Source of the DNA: the human T2T-CHM13v2.0 reference genome, Homo sapiens
Assembly (NCBI RefSeq): GCF_009914755.1
Contig: NC_060944.1
Reading direction: 5' to 3' (one strand)
Length of the DNA: 64,000 nt
Shown piece by piece: positions 27,214 through 39,640 of this stretch (within the stretch, counting starts at the first letter, position 1; every line of letters starts with the position of its first letter). The notes below the pieces were generated by a model, which did not search any database, was not told the origin of the DNA, and saw only the letters and a list, made by a program, of their open reading frames with translations. The translations under genes and the position numbers were made by a program.

Positions 27214-27675
27214 GTCTCCAAGGCAGGGTATCAAGTGCAGGGCTCAGGCACACAACACAGATGCAACACAGTGCAGGCTGGAAGGGCCAAGTGCTGGATC
27301 AGCAGGAAGTCCTAAGCAACACATAGAGAGGCATGATTGGCCTGGGTTCGGAGGGGTAGACTCTTTTCACTACTCTCCCTGTAGTTGGAATCTTGGGCAA
27401 TCAGCCTTGTAATATTGTAAGAAGGAGGGTGAGCAATGGGGAGGTGGGAGAGGAACCAGAGGCAAAGTCGCAGAGTGTTGAGTCAGAAATGGCGAGAGAA
27501 GTTGACAGGGAGAGGACACTGAGGGGACACAGTGGGGCAGCCTTGTCATCTGAGCCTGGACACTAGCTGTTCAGAGGAACTGCATGGCACTAATAGAATC
27601 TGGAAACCAGGAGGTTGAGGGAGAGGGCCCCCAGTCCTGGATAACTCATTGCAAGACAGCCTATAGGGCTGAAAC

Positions 27676-27792
27676 AGAGCTGCAAGATTTAGCAAATGAA
27701 AACACAAGATGCCAAGCTAAGCTCGAATTTCAGATGAACAATTAATTTTTTAGTTTAAGTATGTGCCATGCAATTTTATCTGGCAACACTAG
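27676..27792. mobile_element. MER53-like hAT element with internal deletion
   Basis: 'agatttagcaaat...gaatttcagat...ttttatctggcaac'. Confidence 0.65.
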
Positions 27793-28009
27793 CCTAGAGA
27801 GAGCCATTATAGGCCATTCAGCATAAAAACTCTATTCCTAGGCCACACATAGACAGAATTAGAATTCACTGGGCATTCTAAGTCCTAACAGGGGACCTAT
27901 TTACCACTTTCTTAATATGCTCATGCTTTCTCTTTCTTAGCCTTCTGCAAGGAATGAGCTTCTTCTATTCCAGCATGAGAGAGCTTGGTCATCCTTCAAG
28001 TCTCAGTCA

Positions 28010-28456
28010 AGGTTGAGAAATTGATTCACCTATCCCCACACTCAGCCTGGACGCTAAGAGCTGAAAACAGGTCCCCTTCCCAGGCAAACTGTTTGAATGT
28101 TCATTACAAGAACCTCCCAAAAGATCTATCAACTCTTTAATGGAAAACATCCATACACAGTTTAACCCTAAGATTCTTTGAAGCCATCACCCCAAAATTG
28201 CTATTTCCACTAATTCTGGTAATCCTTATCCAATTCTAATCAAGACCCTCTTTCTTAAAAAAACAAACAAAACAAAACAAAAAAAAAACTTTCTTAAAAT
28301 TTCCAGTTCTCAACAAATTCTGACCTTACTTTTTCCTCTCTGAGACAGTTCCAAAGTTTGGGAGATGATGGTCTTCCTTACCAGGGCAAGCGAGAAACTC
28401 AGCTTTGTCCTATCAATAAGTTGTCCTGGTGATATGTGAGGAGCCAGATGTTAACA
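28010..28456 (+). mobile_element. Old ERV1 LTR (MER110-like)
   Basis: 3' end 'aaactcagctttgtcctatcaa...ggtgatat...ggagccag'. Confidence 0.4.
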
Positions 28457-28667
28457 AGGTGCCACCTCCTCCTTTGGGAAGCCCTCCTGGTTAATTCCAA
28501 GGGTAAGAAATCACTTCAGGCAGACCCAGAGCTCTTCATTAGGTTCCATCAGGTCCCCATAGCAAGCATCACAGGCTTCCGTGGAGCAGAGTTATTAGTG
28601 AGCACAGCTGAACAGAGCTGAGCACCCCACGGGCAGAAGACCTGTCTCCTCTGAGTCTATACCTTCC

Positions 28668-29222
28668 GTGGGAACCAAGGCCTTTACCTCCTTCAAGAGC
28701 TGCTGAAACGTCACTGACATGAGGCAGACAAATAAGAGAAAAGGCACACAAATGTATTTAATGTGTGTACACAGAACCTATAGAATGAAGACTCAACCCC
28801 CACAACAAGGAACAGAAAAGTATATATCATCATGAGGTTACAGAAAAAAATGCAGGCTGAGCACATGGCCAAAACCAGATTATTTTGGTAAATCAGGTTT
28901 TAGTGGCAAACCAGGATATGGGAGGGAGAAAGGAGGGGGCTTGGCCAGCAAAGGTGGTCTTGTTATGTAGATAAAGCCTCATAGGTAGCAGCCCTCAGAA
29001 AGAATAGACAGTAAATGCTTCTTTTCAGACTTTTACAGATGTCAGACTCTCAGTTTCTGTCTCCTAGACCCTGGAAAGGCCTAGAAAGAGAAGGCCTGGC
29101 TGCATTAATGGAGATCTCTACAAATGCAAATTTCTCTCCCCTCTCTGCTGCCTCTGCAACAGCCATTTCAAAATATGTCAAAGAAATATATTTTGGGGTA
29201 AAATATTTTTTATTTCCTTTAA
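28668..29222 (-). mobile_element. ERV1 MER4-group solo LTR (MER65/LTR49-like)
   Basis: End 'agccatttcaaaatatgtcaaagaaatatattttggggtaaaatatttt'. Confidence 0.7.
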
Positions 29223-29506
29223 CTTCCAGTATGTCTGACCCACAAAGGGTAATCAATATACATGTATGAAAGAAAGGTTAACAAGGAACTAGAGAAATAA
29301 TATTTGATTGTAGTGAAGTCCTATAAAAAAAATTTGTGCTTCAGTGGAAAATGATGCTCTGCCTACAACAAACCAGTCAGGGCTACCTAACTCTGATTCT
29401 AGGGGAGCTATTTACAACTCTGTAAATTGGAGATAACTTCTAGCAGTCCAAAATAATTCTTATGTATGGCATGCAAATCCCGTCCAGTACAGACCCAACT
29501 GATCTC

Positions 29507-30463
29507 TGTATTAGTCTATTTTGCATTGGTATAAAGGAATATTTGAAACTGGGTAATTTATAAAGAAAAGATAATCATTTGGTTCATGGTTGTGCAGAAT
29601 GCACAAAAAGCATAGTGCTGGCATCTGATTCTAGTGAGGCCTCAGGAACCTTACAATCATGGCAGAAGGTGAACGGGAACATGTTACATGGTGAGAGAGG
29701 GAGCAAAAGAGAATGGGAGGGGTGTGACACCCTTTTTACAACCGGCTCTCACGTAACTAACAGTGAGAATTCATTCATTACCGTGAGGAAGGCACCAAGC
29801 CATTCTTGTGGAATTTGCCCCCATGACCTAAACCCTTCCCACTAGGCCCCACCTATAACATACGGGGACACATTTCAATGTGGGATTTGGAGAGGACAAT
29901 TGTCAAAGGCATGTGAACCAGAGCAACTCTATCTTGAATAGGAGCTGGGCAAAATAAGGCTGAGACCTATTGGGCTGCATTCCCAGATGGTTAGGGCATT
30001 CTAAGTAACAGGATGAGGCAGGGGGTTGGCACAAGATACAAGTCATAAAGACCTTGCTGATAAAACAGATTGCAGTAAAGAAGCCTGCCAAAACCAAGAT
30101 GGCAGTAAGAGTGACCTCTGGTCGTCCTCACTGCTACACTCCCACAAGCACCATGACAGTTTACAAATGCCATGGCAACGTCAGGAAGTTACCCTATATG
30201 GTCTAAAAAGGGGAGGCATGAATAACCCACCCTTGTTTACCATACCATCAAGAAATAACCATAAAAGTGGGCATAGAGTCCCACTTTTATGTCTATGGAG
30301 TAGACATTCTCATATTCCTTGACTTTGCTAATAAACTTGCTTTCACTTTACGAATCGCCCTGAATTCTTTCTTGAGTGAGATCCAATAACCCTCTCTTAG
30401 GACCCTCTTTTGGGGTCTGGATCAGGACCCCTTTCCTATAACACAACCATCCAAACTATATGA
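29507..30463 (-). mobile_element. MSTB-type solo LTR, split by MER41A
   Basis: tgtattagtc...ggaca | catccaaactatatga; TSD atctc/atgtc. Confidence 0.85.
29901..30443 (+). mobile_element. MER41A solo LTR
   Basis: MER41 core; 'aaaaaggggaggcatgaataa' junction lacks the GAS block, as in MER41A; TSD caat/caac. Confidence 0.85.
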
Positions 30464-30773
30464 ATGTCCCTCCCTTGATATGGAAAAAGCTAGTGTTGCC
30501 TCCATTTGCATCCTCATTCCAATATTTCTGATGTATAAATGTCTCTTATTTCCATTTTCATTTGAGCCAGCTATAAAATCTTTCTGGCTTTCTCATTTAA
30601 TTAATGAGCTCAGAAAAATTTTAAACATGTATTTCTTTCTATAGCTGCACAAAAATTATTTTACATTTTTAAAAATTGCTTTTTCACAAAGTCTAATTCT
30701 AATATAAGAAACACAATTAAGATTTTTAAAAATGGGGTCGCATGGAGGGAGGGAGACTAGGATGTTCTTTCAA

Positions 30774-31192
30774 TGTTCCACTCAGCTGGACCAAATTTTA
30801 GAGAGGTTTCTTTCTGACTATAGCCCTCACACCTCCTTTATCTTAGAGCATTTACTTTAGAAAACTTTCTCAAGGACTTGGGAGGCATCGCTTTGAAATG
30901 TCATTCTCAAAAATGATAGGGTCCCTACCTCCCAGTCTTTGCAGGGTTGTGGGTGAGGAGGAGACAAGGGGCCTTAATCTAGAAAAGTGCTCATTAGCAA
31001 ATGCAAGTGGCCTAATCACATTGACCAGCCCCCATCCCTCACACTCCAGCACTTAACAACTTGCCCACCTTTTGTTTCAGTGGAATTGAGTTCAATCTCT
31101 TTCCTACTGCAATAGTCTTGACCTCTATTGCAATGGTCTTGAATGGTCTTCCTTACCTGCTTAACTCTATCCAGTGCAATTTTTCTTAGATA
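30774..31192 (+). mobile_element. MER31-like ERV1 solo LTR
   Basis: 'tcttagagcatttactttagaaaact', 'tggcctaatcacattgacca', 'ttgagttcaatctc...gcaatagtcttga'. Confidence 0.7.
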
Positions 31193-31546
31193 AGAAAGGA
31201 AAGAAGGAAATTGAAAAGGAAAAAAAAAAAAACTTAAGCAATAAAATCCCAATTCTATGTGGAAGATGAAAATAATGCATTTCAGTGCGTTTAATTAATT
31301 TGCAAATTCAGGATCTGCACCCAGATCTTCAGTCCGTATGAGACCTGTGCTTTTGGCACTCTCTCTCTTGTTTAATCCTGTGTTCCATTGACAGACAGAG
31401 CAGAAATATCTACTTGTAAGAGCGGCTCTCAATTTTTGAGTATGCTTTATTCCACCAAAACCCCCCAGGCCAGGCTGTTTGTGGCCTTGGCTAACAGATA
31501 TGCCAAGGGCCATACAACAGCTTTTCTTTGCCTCTGTGTTCTGTAG

Positions 31547-31743
31547 GTCCAGAGGCAGGCAGAGGATGAAACATCTTGGATTGTCCCTGACGGTCAGAGA
31601 TCTGCGTTACCAGAAAGCCCTTCTCAGGATTTGTATTCTGGCCACGTGTGGAACTTAACTGCATATCAGAAACGTGCTGGTGATTGCAAGTAGCTCTGTA
31701 AAATATTTATTCAATATTAGCTTGCAATGTGTACTCCCATTAG
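31547..31743 (+). other. Candidate exon (197 nt)
   Basis: Acceptor cttttctttgcctctgtgttctgtag|, donor TAG|gtaatg, non-repeat sequence. Confidence 0.25.
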
Positions 31744-32104
31744 GTAATGGAACTGGAGAGCTTTGGCTCAAAAGAAAAGAACAAGTGTGAGCATGAAAGC
31801 ATTAGGAGTCAACTAAGTTTTCTGAATTTTTAGATCACAAAAGATATATACCAAACCCTCAAAATTAGAAATGCCATTACTTTTTCAGTCACTAAAGGAA
31901 GAAAACAAGGGATGAGGTCAGCACTGTGGAGGTGACATTTTCTGCATTCACTTTTTATCTTTGCAAGAAGATATGATAAATATTTTCTTTGATGAAAAGT
32001 AATCTAAAAATTGCAGATAAATTAAAATTCAACTGACAAACTTTTTTTTTTCCTAAGAATGAGATCTTTGGGAGAAAAATAAGATATTTTTATATGGGTA
32101 GCAG

Positions 32105-33070
32105 ATTCATTTATTCATTTAACCAACATGCATTGAGGAAATTAGCTAGGTGCTAGGATATAGTATTTTTTAAAATGATGCTGATTTATAATATAGTGCA
32201 AAAGACAGCTATCAATAAAAATTATCACATGGATAAATATTTACTTATGTATTTATTTATTTTGAGACACAATCTCGCTCTTGTCACCCAGGCTGGAGAG
32301 CAATGGTGTGATCTTTACTCACTGCAGCCTCCATTTCCTGGGTTCAAGTGATTCTCTTGCCTCGGTCTCCCGAGTAGCTGGGATTACAGGTACACACCAC
32401 CATGCCATGCTAATTTTTATATTTTTAGTAGAGATGGGATTTCACCTTGTTGGGCAGGCTGGCCTCAAACTCACAACCTCAGGTGATCCACCACCTACCT
32501 TGGCCTCCCAAAGTGCTGGGATTACAGGCATGAGCCACCTTGCCTAGCCAGAAATTATCACATGGATAAATATTTAAATACAAGCTGATCTAAGGCTCTG
32601 CAAAGAAACAATTTGTCACTTTGACAGCACACAATAAGAGTTTGACCTCTGCTTCAGGCTTCCCTGAGAAAGTGATTTTTAGTCAAGAACCTTAGGGATG
32701 ACTACAAGTTGACTAGGTGGAGGAGCAAAAGAAGGGGCCACGGTGGGCGACCACGTGTGCATACTGAAAACTAAAGCCGGACCACTGGCAGTTGCCAGAC
32801 GAAGCAATGATTTATAGGTCAAATTAACGATTTTGGTCTTCCTCTCAAAAGCAATAGAAAGTCATGAGGGTTTCCGAAGACTGCCTTTTGCAAAGATCAC
32901 TTTGGCTGCAGTTTGGAAAATGGTTTCAGAGCAGGTGGAAGACTGAACATCAAGGAGACTAGTTGGGTGTTAGCGACCAGCTAGTCAGGTGAGAGGTTCT
33001 GATAGCTTGAATAGGAAGGTGGCCATGAATAGGGAGAGAAATGAACCACTCTGAATAACAACAAGATTTA
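32105..33070 (-). mobile_element. L2 fragment, split by an Alu
   Basis: 'ttcatttattcatttaaccaac', 'aggcttccctgagaaagtga', 'aaagatcactttggctgcag'. Confidence 0.7.
32244..32549 (-). mobile_element. Alu (AluS-type) with a 25-bp TSD
   Basis: Antisense dimer flanked by AAATTATCACATGGATAAATATTTA twice. Confidence 0.97.
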
Positions 33071-33674
33071 AATTAGCACCCATTAAATAACTAAATCAAA
33101 GCCAATTAGAGCCCCTTCTGGAAAACTGCATGGGTGACGGGAATGGCCGGCCATTTTGGTAGTTTGTTAGAGTGGCTGTGTTGATAAATAAGAACGCTTT
33201 CTCACCTTTAGGCAGTTATTACTAAATCGCTCATTCTCAAACCCTTTCTTCCAAATTATCAAAGTCTTTCTTTAAGACCAGAAAAGGTATTTTTTGTCCA
33301 TAATTATTCATCTCAGAATTGTCATTGAGGCCATGTGAACAAAGTCCTCTTGCTCCAGGCAATTCAGAGAGACTGTAGAATCCTCCACTAAAATGGTATT
33401 TGCACTTATCCTAGCAAAAGGAAGATATGAGTTTTTTCACTATTGCTATAAGGCAGGTTAAAGCCATGCAGTCTGTTTATCAGGTTGTAGAATTGTTCTA
33501 ATCCTGGAATTGTGTACCTTAACCTATGCTTTACAGTTTTGTATAAAGTTGGCCAAGAGGTGGGATGTTTTTCAGAAAAAAAAAAAAAAGGTATTGAATT
33601 AAATATCATTCAGAGAAGTGGCAACTGAATGCCACCATCGCTTGCTGGTATATGATGAGGTAACAATTCTAAAG

Positions 33675-33822
33675 TAGTGTGTTTTAAACTTTATCATGGA
33701 AATCATTTCCCAGCAGTCCTAAATCCAGGATCTGGGATGGAGCCTAGGAGTCTTCACTTTGAACGATCACTCTGGAAGATTCTGACTCAGGTAGTCCTAG
33801 AAACACACATAGGAAATACTCT
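33675..33822. mobile_element. MER5A-like element
   Basis: 'ggatctgggatggagcctaggagtc...gattctga'. Confidence 0.5.
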
Positions 33823-34689
33823 ACAGCATAAAAGCCTCTTTTAATCCTCAGCTGAATTCAAGAAAATATCAAATGGTTCAAATAGGTCCAGTGACTCTAT
33901 TTGAAATACAATATTTGGGCTCAGACAGAGCACCTCTGAAAATCCATCCTTTCTACAGATGAAATGTTTTCTGGGTACTCTGCTTTGCTTTCTTTAAAAT
34001 TCTACACAGTATTACATACACTTCACTGACTTAACATTTTCTCTTCCATAAACTTCGACAAGTTGTTGATGTATTTCTGCACAGAAACATTTTTTTTTTT
34101 TACTTTGAATAAAACCAACACTTCCTGTAGGGATTATGGGTTTAGGAAAGAGATATTTTTTAAGTAAGAGAATTTCAAAATTGTAGCAAAATTAGTGTCT
34201 AGTGGTCCAAACTTTGCCTGTAATGAAGAGAGGTGATGAAGAGATCAGGGTTCGGGGAAGGTGCTGGCTCCTGCCTACACCCCAAGACAATAGTAATGAC
34301 TTCTCCTCAGAAGTGAAAAAAATGAAATCCTATAAAATTGATGGGATTAACCATCTACTAAGAATAAACTACCAGTTTGTCAGAACATATGTTAACAGAC
34401 GCTAATTGTTGGATATGGAAGAGTTTCTTAGAAATGATCTTTGTGTCCTAAATAAGAGAAAAATAAACTAGTAATTAAAACATGGTCTACACACAGTGTG
34501 ACTGTGGGCATTTGATAATCTTGCTAAGCCTTGCTTCTCTTATTGATAATGCGTGGAAGGAGAAATAATTATGTTGAACAAATTTTATTTTATATGGATT
34601 AAATAACATTCACTATAATATACTTAGATGCTACTTAATGTCATTCTGTGGTTTGGTATTTTTGTTGTTTTATATTTTTTGACTAGGAT

Positions 34690-35125
34690 TAATAACATTA
34701 AAAGTCAGTTTCTTTCCTATATAGTCATTTAAACCAGTTAAATTTTATTATGGAGAAGATTCCATTTGCATAGCAATAAAAACTACAAATTACCTAAGAA
34801 TAAACTTTTTTAAAAAAAGTTTAAGACCATAAGAAAAAACTATAAAGCTTTACTAAAGAAAGACTAAGATAAATTCAGTATTATAAATCTATCCATTCTT
34901 TTAAGATTAATAATCTCACCAACATCACATTGAATAGAATTCTCATAAAATCCTCATGGTATTTTTTTTTTTATAATTTGAGAAGTTGATTCTAAGTCCA
35001 TCTGAAAAAGTAAACGTAGAAAAAGCAGCAAAATTATCTTGATAAAGAATTTGCATTACCAGAATCAGTATATATGATGTAAAAGCCACAAGATTTTAAC
35101 AATGTGAAATGGATGCAGGTATATG
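34690..35125 (+). mobile_element. Old L1M ORF2-region fragment
   Basis: 'ttccatttgcatagcaataaaaa...tacctaagaataaac', 'aagttgattctaa'. Confidence 0.6.
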
Positions 35126-35137
35126 GATGCAGGTGTT

Positions 35138-35150
35138 TGTGTATATATAC

Positions 35151-35199
<49 letters not shown>

Positions 35200-35214
35200 C
35201 GCATGTGTGTGTAT
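35138..35214. repeat. (TG)n(CG)n compound microsatellite
   Basis: 77 bp of uninterrupted purine/pyrimidine alternation, including (GC)6. Confidence 0.97.
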
Positions 35215-35557
35215 TTTAATTTAAGCTAGTTTTAAAAGAGTATCTCATTTGCTCCTAAAACAAAACAAACAGACTACTACAGTGTTGATCAATATTTGGC
35301 CCCAAGTTTTCATGTCATGAAATTGTCTTATATAAATATTTGATATATTTCCTATATAGAAAAATGCCAGAAGGTACACTAAGCATTATATCATTATGAC
35401 ATTATTTTTAATTGTAAAAAAAAAAATAGACACAACCCAAATACCTTCAGATAACGTGTATCTGAGCTTTTTTAGTATAGCTGAGAAATTGCCTGCTACG
35501 TCTCACCTTCTCTCAGATAACATAAGAGCTGGGGTAGGGGAAGCCTGAAAGTACTAG

Positions 35558-35797
35558 TGTATTAGTCTGTTTTCACACTGCTATAAAGAAATGCCTGATA
35601 CTGGTAATTTATAAAGAAGAGATTTAATTGAGTCACAGTTCCACATGGCTGGGGAGGCCTCAGGAGACTTACAATCATGGTGGAAGGGGAAGCAGGCACC
35701 TTCTTCACAAGACAGCAGGAGAGAGAAGTGTTTGAAGGAGAAACTGTCGGACATATAAAACCATCAGATCTTGTGAGAACTCACTCACTACAATGAG
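35558..35797 (-). mobile_element. Truncated THE1D/MSTA LTR
   Basis: tgtattagtctgttttcacactgctataaag...gagaactcactcacta, then an abrupt switch to L1. Confidence 0.85.
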
Positions 35798-37268
35798 CTA
35801 CTACTACATACCCACTAGAATGGCTCAAATGAAAAAGACTGACAACACCAAATATTAGCAAGATTGTGATGCAACTAGAGCTCTCATACATCGTTTGTTG
35901 GAATGTATGGTCATACAACCTTTTTAAGAAAATTTCTGAATGTGCAATTACCCTATTACCCAGCAAACTAGGAAATTTTACTCGTAAGTATTCCCTCTAG
36001 AGAAACTAAAACATATGTCCACACGAAGACTTGAACAAGAATGTTTGTTCATAGTGGCTTTATAGAAGCTCAGATATTCACAAACAAAGGAATAGTATAT
36101 TCATACAGTGAAATATTATTCAGCAATAACAAGGAACATATTAACTCACATAATGTGAATGCATCTCAAAAACACCATTCTGATTAACAGAAGCCTTATA
36201 CAAGAGTATAAACTCTGTGATTCCATTTATATAAATTCTAGAAGAGGCAAAATTAATCTATGATTTTTCAAAAATTTAGAAGAGTGGTTACCTCTGGGTG
36301 GGGTTAACATTGGGAAGGGGCAGGCAGGAACTTTCTAGACTAATAAAAAGATGTCTTGATAAGGATTTGGGTTATACAGTTTTGTTGGTTTTCTGTGGCT
36401 GTTGTAAAAAATTACCACAAACTTGCTGGCTTAAAATAATATAAATTTATTCTCTAACAGTTGTGGAAGAAGTTCAAACAGAAGTCTGAAATCAATTCCA
36501 ATGGGCTGAAACCACGTGTCCTAGAACAATGCCTCCTTGAGAGGCTCTAGGGGAGAGCAGCCCATTTCCTTGCTTCTTTCAGCATCTTGAGCTGCATTTT
36601 TTGCTTTTTCAGCTTCAAGCCTGTATACCTAGGCTCAAGCTCCTTCCTCCATCTTTAAGACCTGTAAGGTAGCATATTCAAATTTTCTCTATCCCTGTTT
36701 TTCTCCCTCTTTCTCTTTTTCTCTCCCTCTTTCCCTCTGCCTTCTTACCTCCATCCTTCCTCTTTCTCCTGAGATCATCACATTGCTTTCTCTCTTCGCT
36801 GTGTATCAAACCTCCCTTTGCCCCTCTCTTATAAGGACATTTGTCATAGCATTTAGGACCCACCCAGATAATTCAAGAAAACATCCCCATCTCAGGATTC
36901 CTAATCAATTATGTCTGCAAAGTCTTTGGCATCTTAACATTCACAGTTTCCAGGGATTAGGACCTCCTATCTTTGGGGGCCACTATTCAGCTTACCACAA
37001 GAGGTACATGGATTTGTCCAAATTCAGCAAACACACAACTAAGATTTGTGCATTTCATTGCACGTAAATTTTACATCAAAAGAAACCAGCTGTACATAAT
37101 TACTGAACTTTGATTATAATATGCAGGTCAAATTACTTAGGGGAAAGTGTATGAAGGTTACATAGATAAAGAAGCAAGTATAGCAAAATCTTAATGTTAG
37201 AATCTAGGTGGTGGGTATATATGTGGCCATAATAAAATTCTCTTAACTTTGCTATATTAGAAAATTTT
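35790..37268 (+). mobile_element. L1ME-type 3' region, split by MLT1
   Basis: 'cccactagaatggct...aaagactgacaacacc', 'gattccatttatataaattcta', 'ttagaatctaggtggtgggtatat'. Confidence 0.75.
36383..36999 (-). mobile_element. MLT1D/E-type MaLR LTR
   Basis: 'aattaccacaaacttgctggcttaaa...cttataaggacatttg...ttcagcttaccaca'. Confidence 0.75.
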
Positions 37269-37813
37269 GAATGCATAGTTTTTAAAAATTTTCTCCAATT
37301 CTGTAGGTTGTCTATTTACTCTGTTGATAGTTTCTTTTGCCATGCAGAAGCTCTTTAGTTTAATTAGATCCCATTTGTCGATTTTTTTTTTGCAATTGCT
37401 TTTGACATCTTTGTTACAAAACGTTTGCTCAGGCCTATATCCTGAATGGTATTGCCTAGGTTGTCTTCCAGGACTTTTATAGTTTTGGGTTTTACATTTA
37501 AATCTTTAATCCATATTGAGTTAAATCTTGTATATGGTGTAAAGAAGGGGTCCAGTTTCAATCTTCTGCATATTAGCCATTTATTGAATCAGGAAGTCTT
37601 CCCCCATTTCACATGGACAAATAGAAGGGAACAACACATACTGGGCCCTTTAGGAGGGTGGAGGGAGGCAGGAGGGAGAAGATCAGAAAAAATAATTAAT
37701 GGGTACTAGGCTTAATACCTGGGTGATGAAATATGTACAAAAAACCCCCATGACCCAAGTTTACCCATATAACAAACCTGCAGTTGTAACCCTGAACTTA
37801 AAAGTTAAAAAAA
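37269..37813 (+). mobile_element. 5'-inverted L1PA insertion (inverted ORF2 part 37269 to about 37610, sense 3' end about 37611-37813)
   Basis: ORF 37364-37561(-) is L1 ORF2p ([10 protein letters not shown]...WIKDLNV); sense 3'UTR and A-tail follow; TSD AGAAAATTTT. Confidence 0.85.
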
Positions 37814-38609
37814 GAAAATTTTAGGTAAGTGCTTTGCCTGAAATTGTCATAATACATTGAAAAAATCAAGGCATGTCCATTCTAATATACAACTGTTAAA
37901 AAGAATGAGTTGAGTAGCGTAATGTGTGGCCCTATATATTTTTTGAAAATATCAAGTTGTAGAACAATAGATATAGTATACAAACAGGTGGCATATAATA
38001 TATAGCTGTTTTTTTGTATGTGCAAAAGCTTCATAGGTATCACAAACTATCTCGATAAATGGAGAAATATATACTCTTTCCCCAGATTCCAAATAAAATA
38101 AGCAGTCTTCTTCATAAATCTTAATAAATCCTCATTTCGCTTTTACATATAAAAGAATGTACACATCAACAATAGCTAATGATATATGCTACTCCTTATT
38201 GAGCTCTCACTCTATAATAGGTACTTAGGATTAACCATGTATTACCTGAAACATATCAAGAAGAAAGACACCATCACTACTCTGATTGTGTAGATGAGTA
38301 AGCTTAACCAATAAAAGCTTGGAAGGATTTCACCTGGAGCTTCTATTTATCATTAAAGAAGAATAAATCAATTTTCTATATACTCCCAAGTCTTTTTTGA
38401 GTACAAATTATTTGTTCCAGTTTCTAGTTGATCTCTCCTGAAAAAAAATTTCTAAAACTTCAAAGTAAAGAACTATTCCCCAATCTGCAGTTCAAAATGC
38501 TGCCCAAATATACGAGGCCCCGTCTAACTGGACATTACCCTATGCAGATGAAATCTCTTTCTAAACCTTCTTTAACACCTACAAAGTTTAATACCTAACA
38601 AAATCTCAT

Positions 38610-38845
38610 GGAGATATTTATTGAATGTTTACTACATACTAGACACTCTGCTTATTTTTCACTGTCTCATTTACATATTACAAAAATCTCAGGAGGTAGG
38701 ACCTCTATGATACCACTATTATTTCTAGTTTGCAGATGAGGAAGCCAGTTTTCAGAAAGATTAACCAATGTGCTGAAGGTCTCGCAGCCGGGACTCATGC
38801 TAACATCAGCCTAGCATTAAAAGAATACTCTCCACTGTCTCTTAA
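38610..38845 (-). mobile_element. MIR
   Basis: 'atttattgaatgtttactac...ttgcagatgaggaa...aaggtc'. Confidence 0.65.
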
Positions 38846-39289
38846 TAACAACAACAAAATAGTCTACTATAAAAGGTACTAATTAAACTTCCTAAAGATC
38901 TTGAATAACTCTCATACATCAGAGATGGATTCTAGGGGCACGAGCGATGATATTGTTTTCCTAAAAGTCTTTGTTCATCACTTTTATGCATTTCTGCTAG
39001 GGAAATCTAATTCATTTTTTTTTTCTTGAGATGTATTTTCTATCTATGGAAGATAGTTAATATTTATACTATATCCTACATTATTAGTGATGTTCCATAT
39101 ATATTGATATTTGGACCATGAATCATATATTTCATTATAACCCATACATCAAAGAACATCAAAGAAACACTCAAACATATACAATACTGATAATAATGAT
39201 GATAACACTCAAACATATACAATACTGATGATAATAATGTCTAATATCTAACATCTCATGTTCCCACCATTTGACAGATTCAAAACAAA

Positions 39290-39640
39290 GTAAAATGTCT
39301 TTTGGAGCAACTTGGATGGAACAGGAGGCCATTATTGTAAGTGAAGTAACTCAGAAATGGAAAATCAAGCAATGTACATTTTCACATAAATGGGAGCTAA
39401 GCTATGGATACGCAAAAGCATACAGAGTGGTATAATGGACTTTGGAGACTCGGAAGGGGGAAGATGGAGGGGAAGTGAAGGACTAAAATTACACATTGGA
39501 TACAATGTATACCACTCAGGTAATGGTGCACTAAAACTTAGAATTCTCCACTATATAATTCATCCATGTAACCAAAAACCACTTGTATCACAAAGACTAT
39601 TGAAATAAAATCAATAAAGTAGTTGATGTAGAAAAAAAAA
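39290..39640 (+). mobile_element. L1PB-type 3' end
   Basis: 'gcaacttggatggaac...gggagctaagctatg...ggtataatggactttggagactc...ctattgaaataaaa'. Confidence 0.85.
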
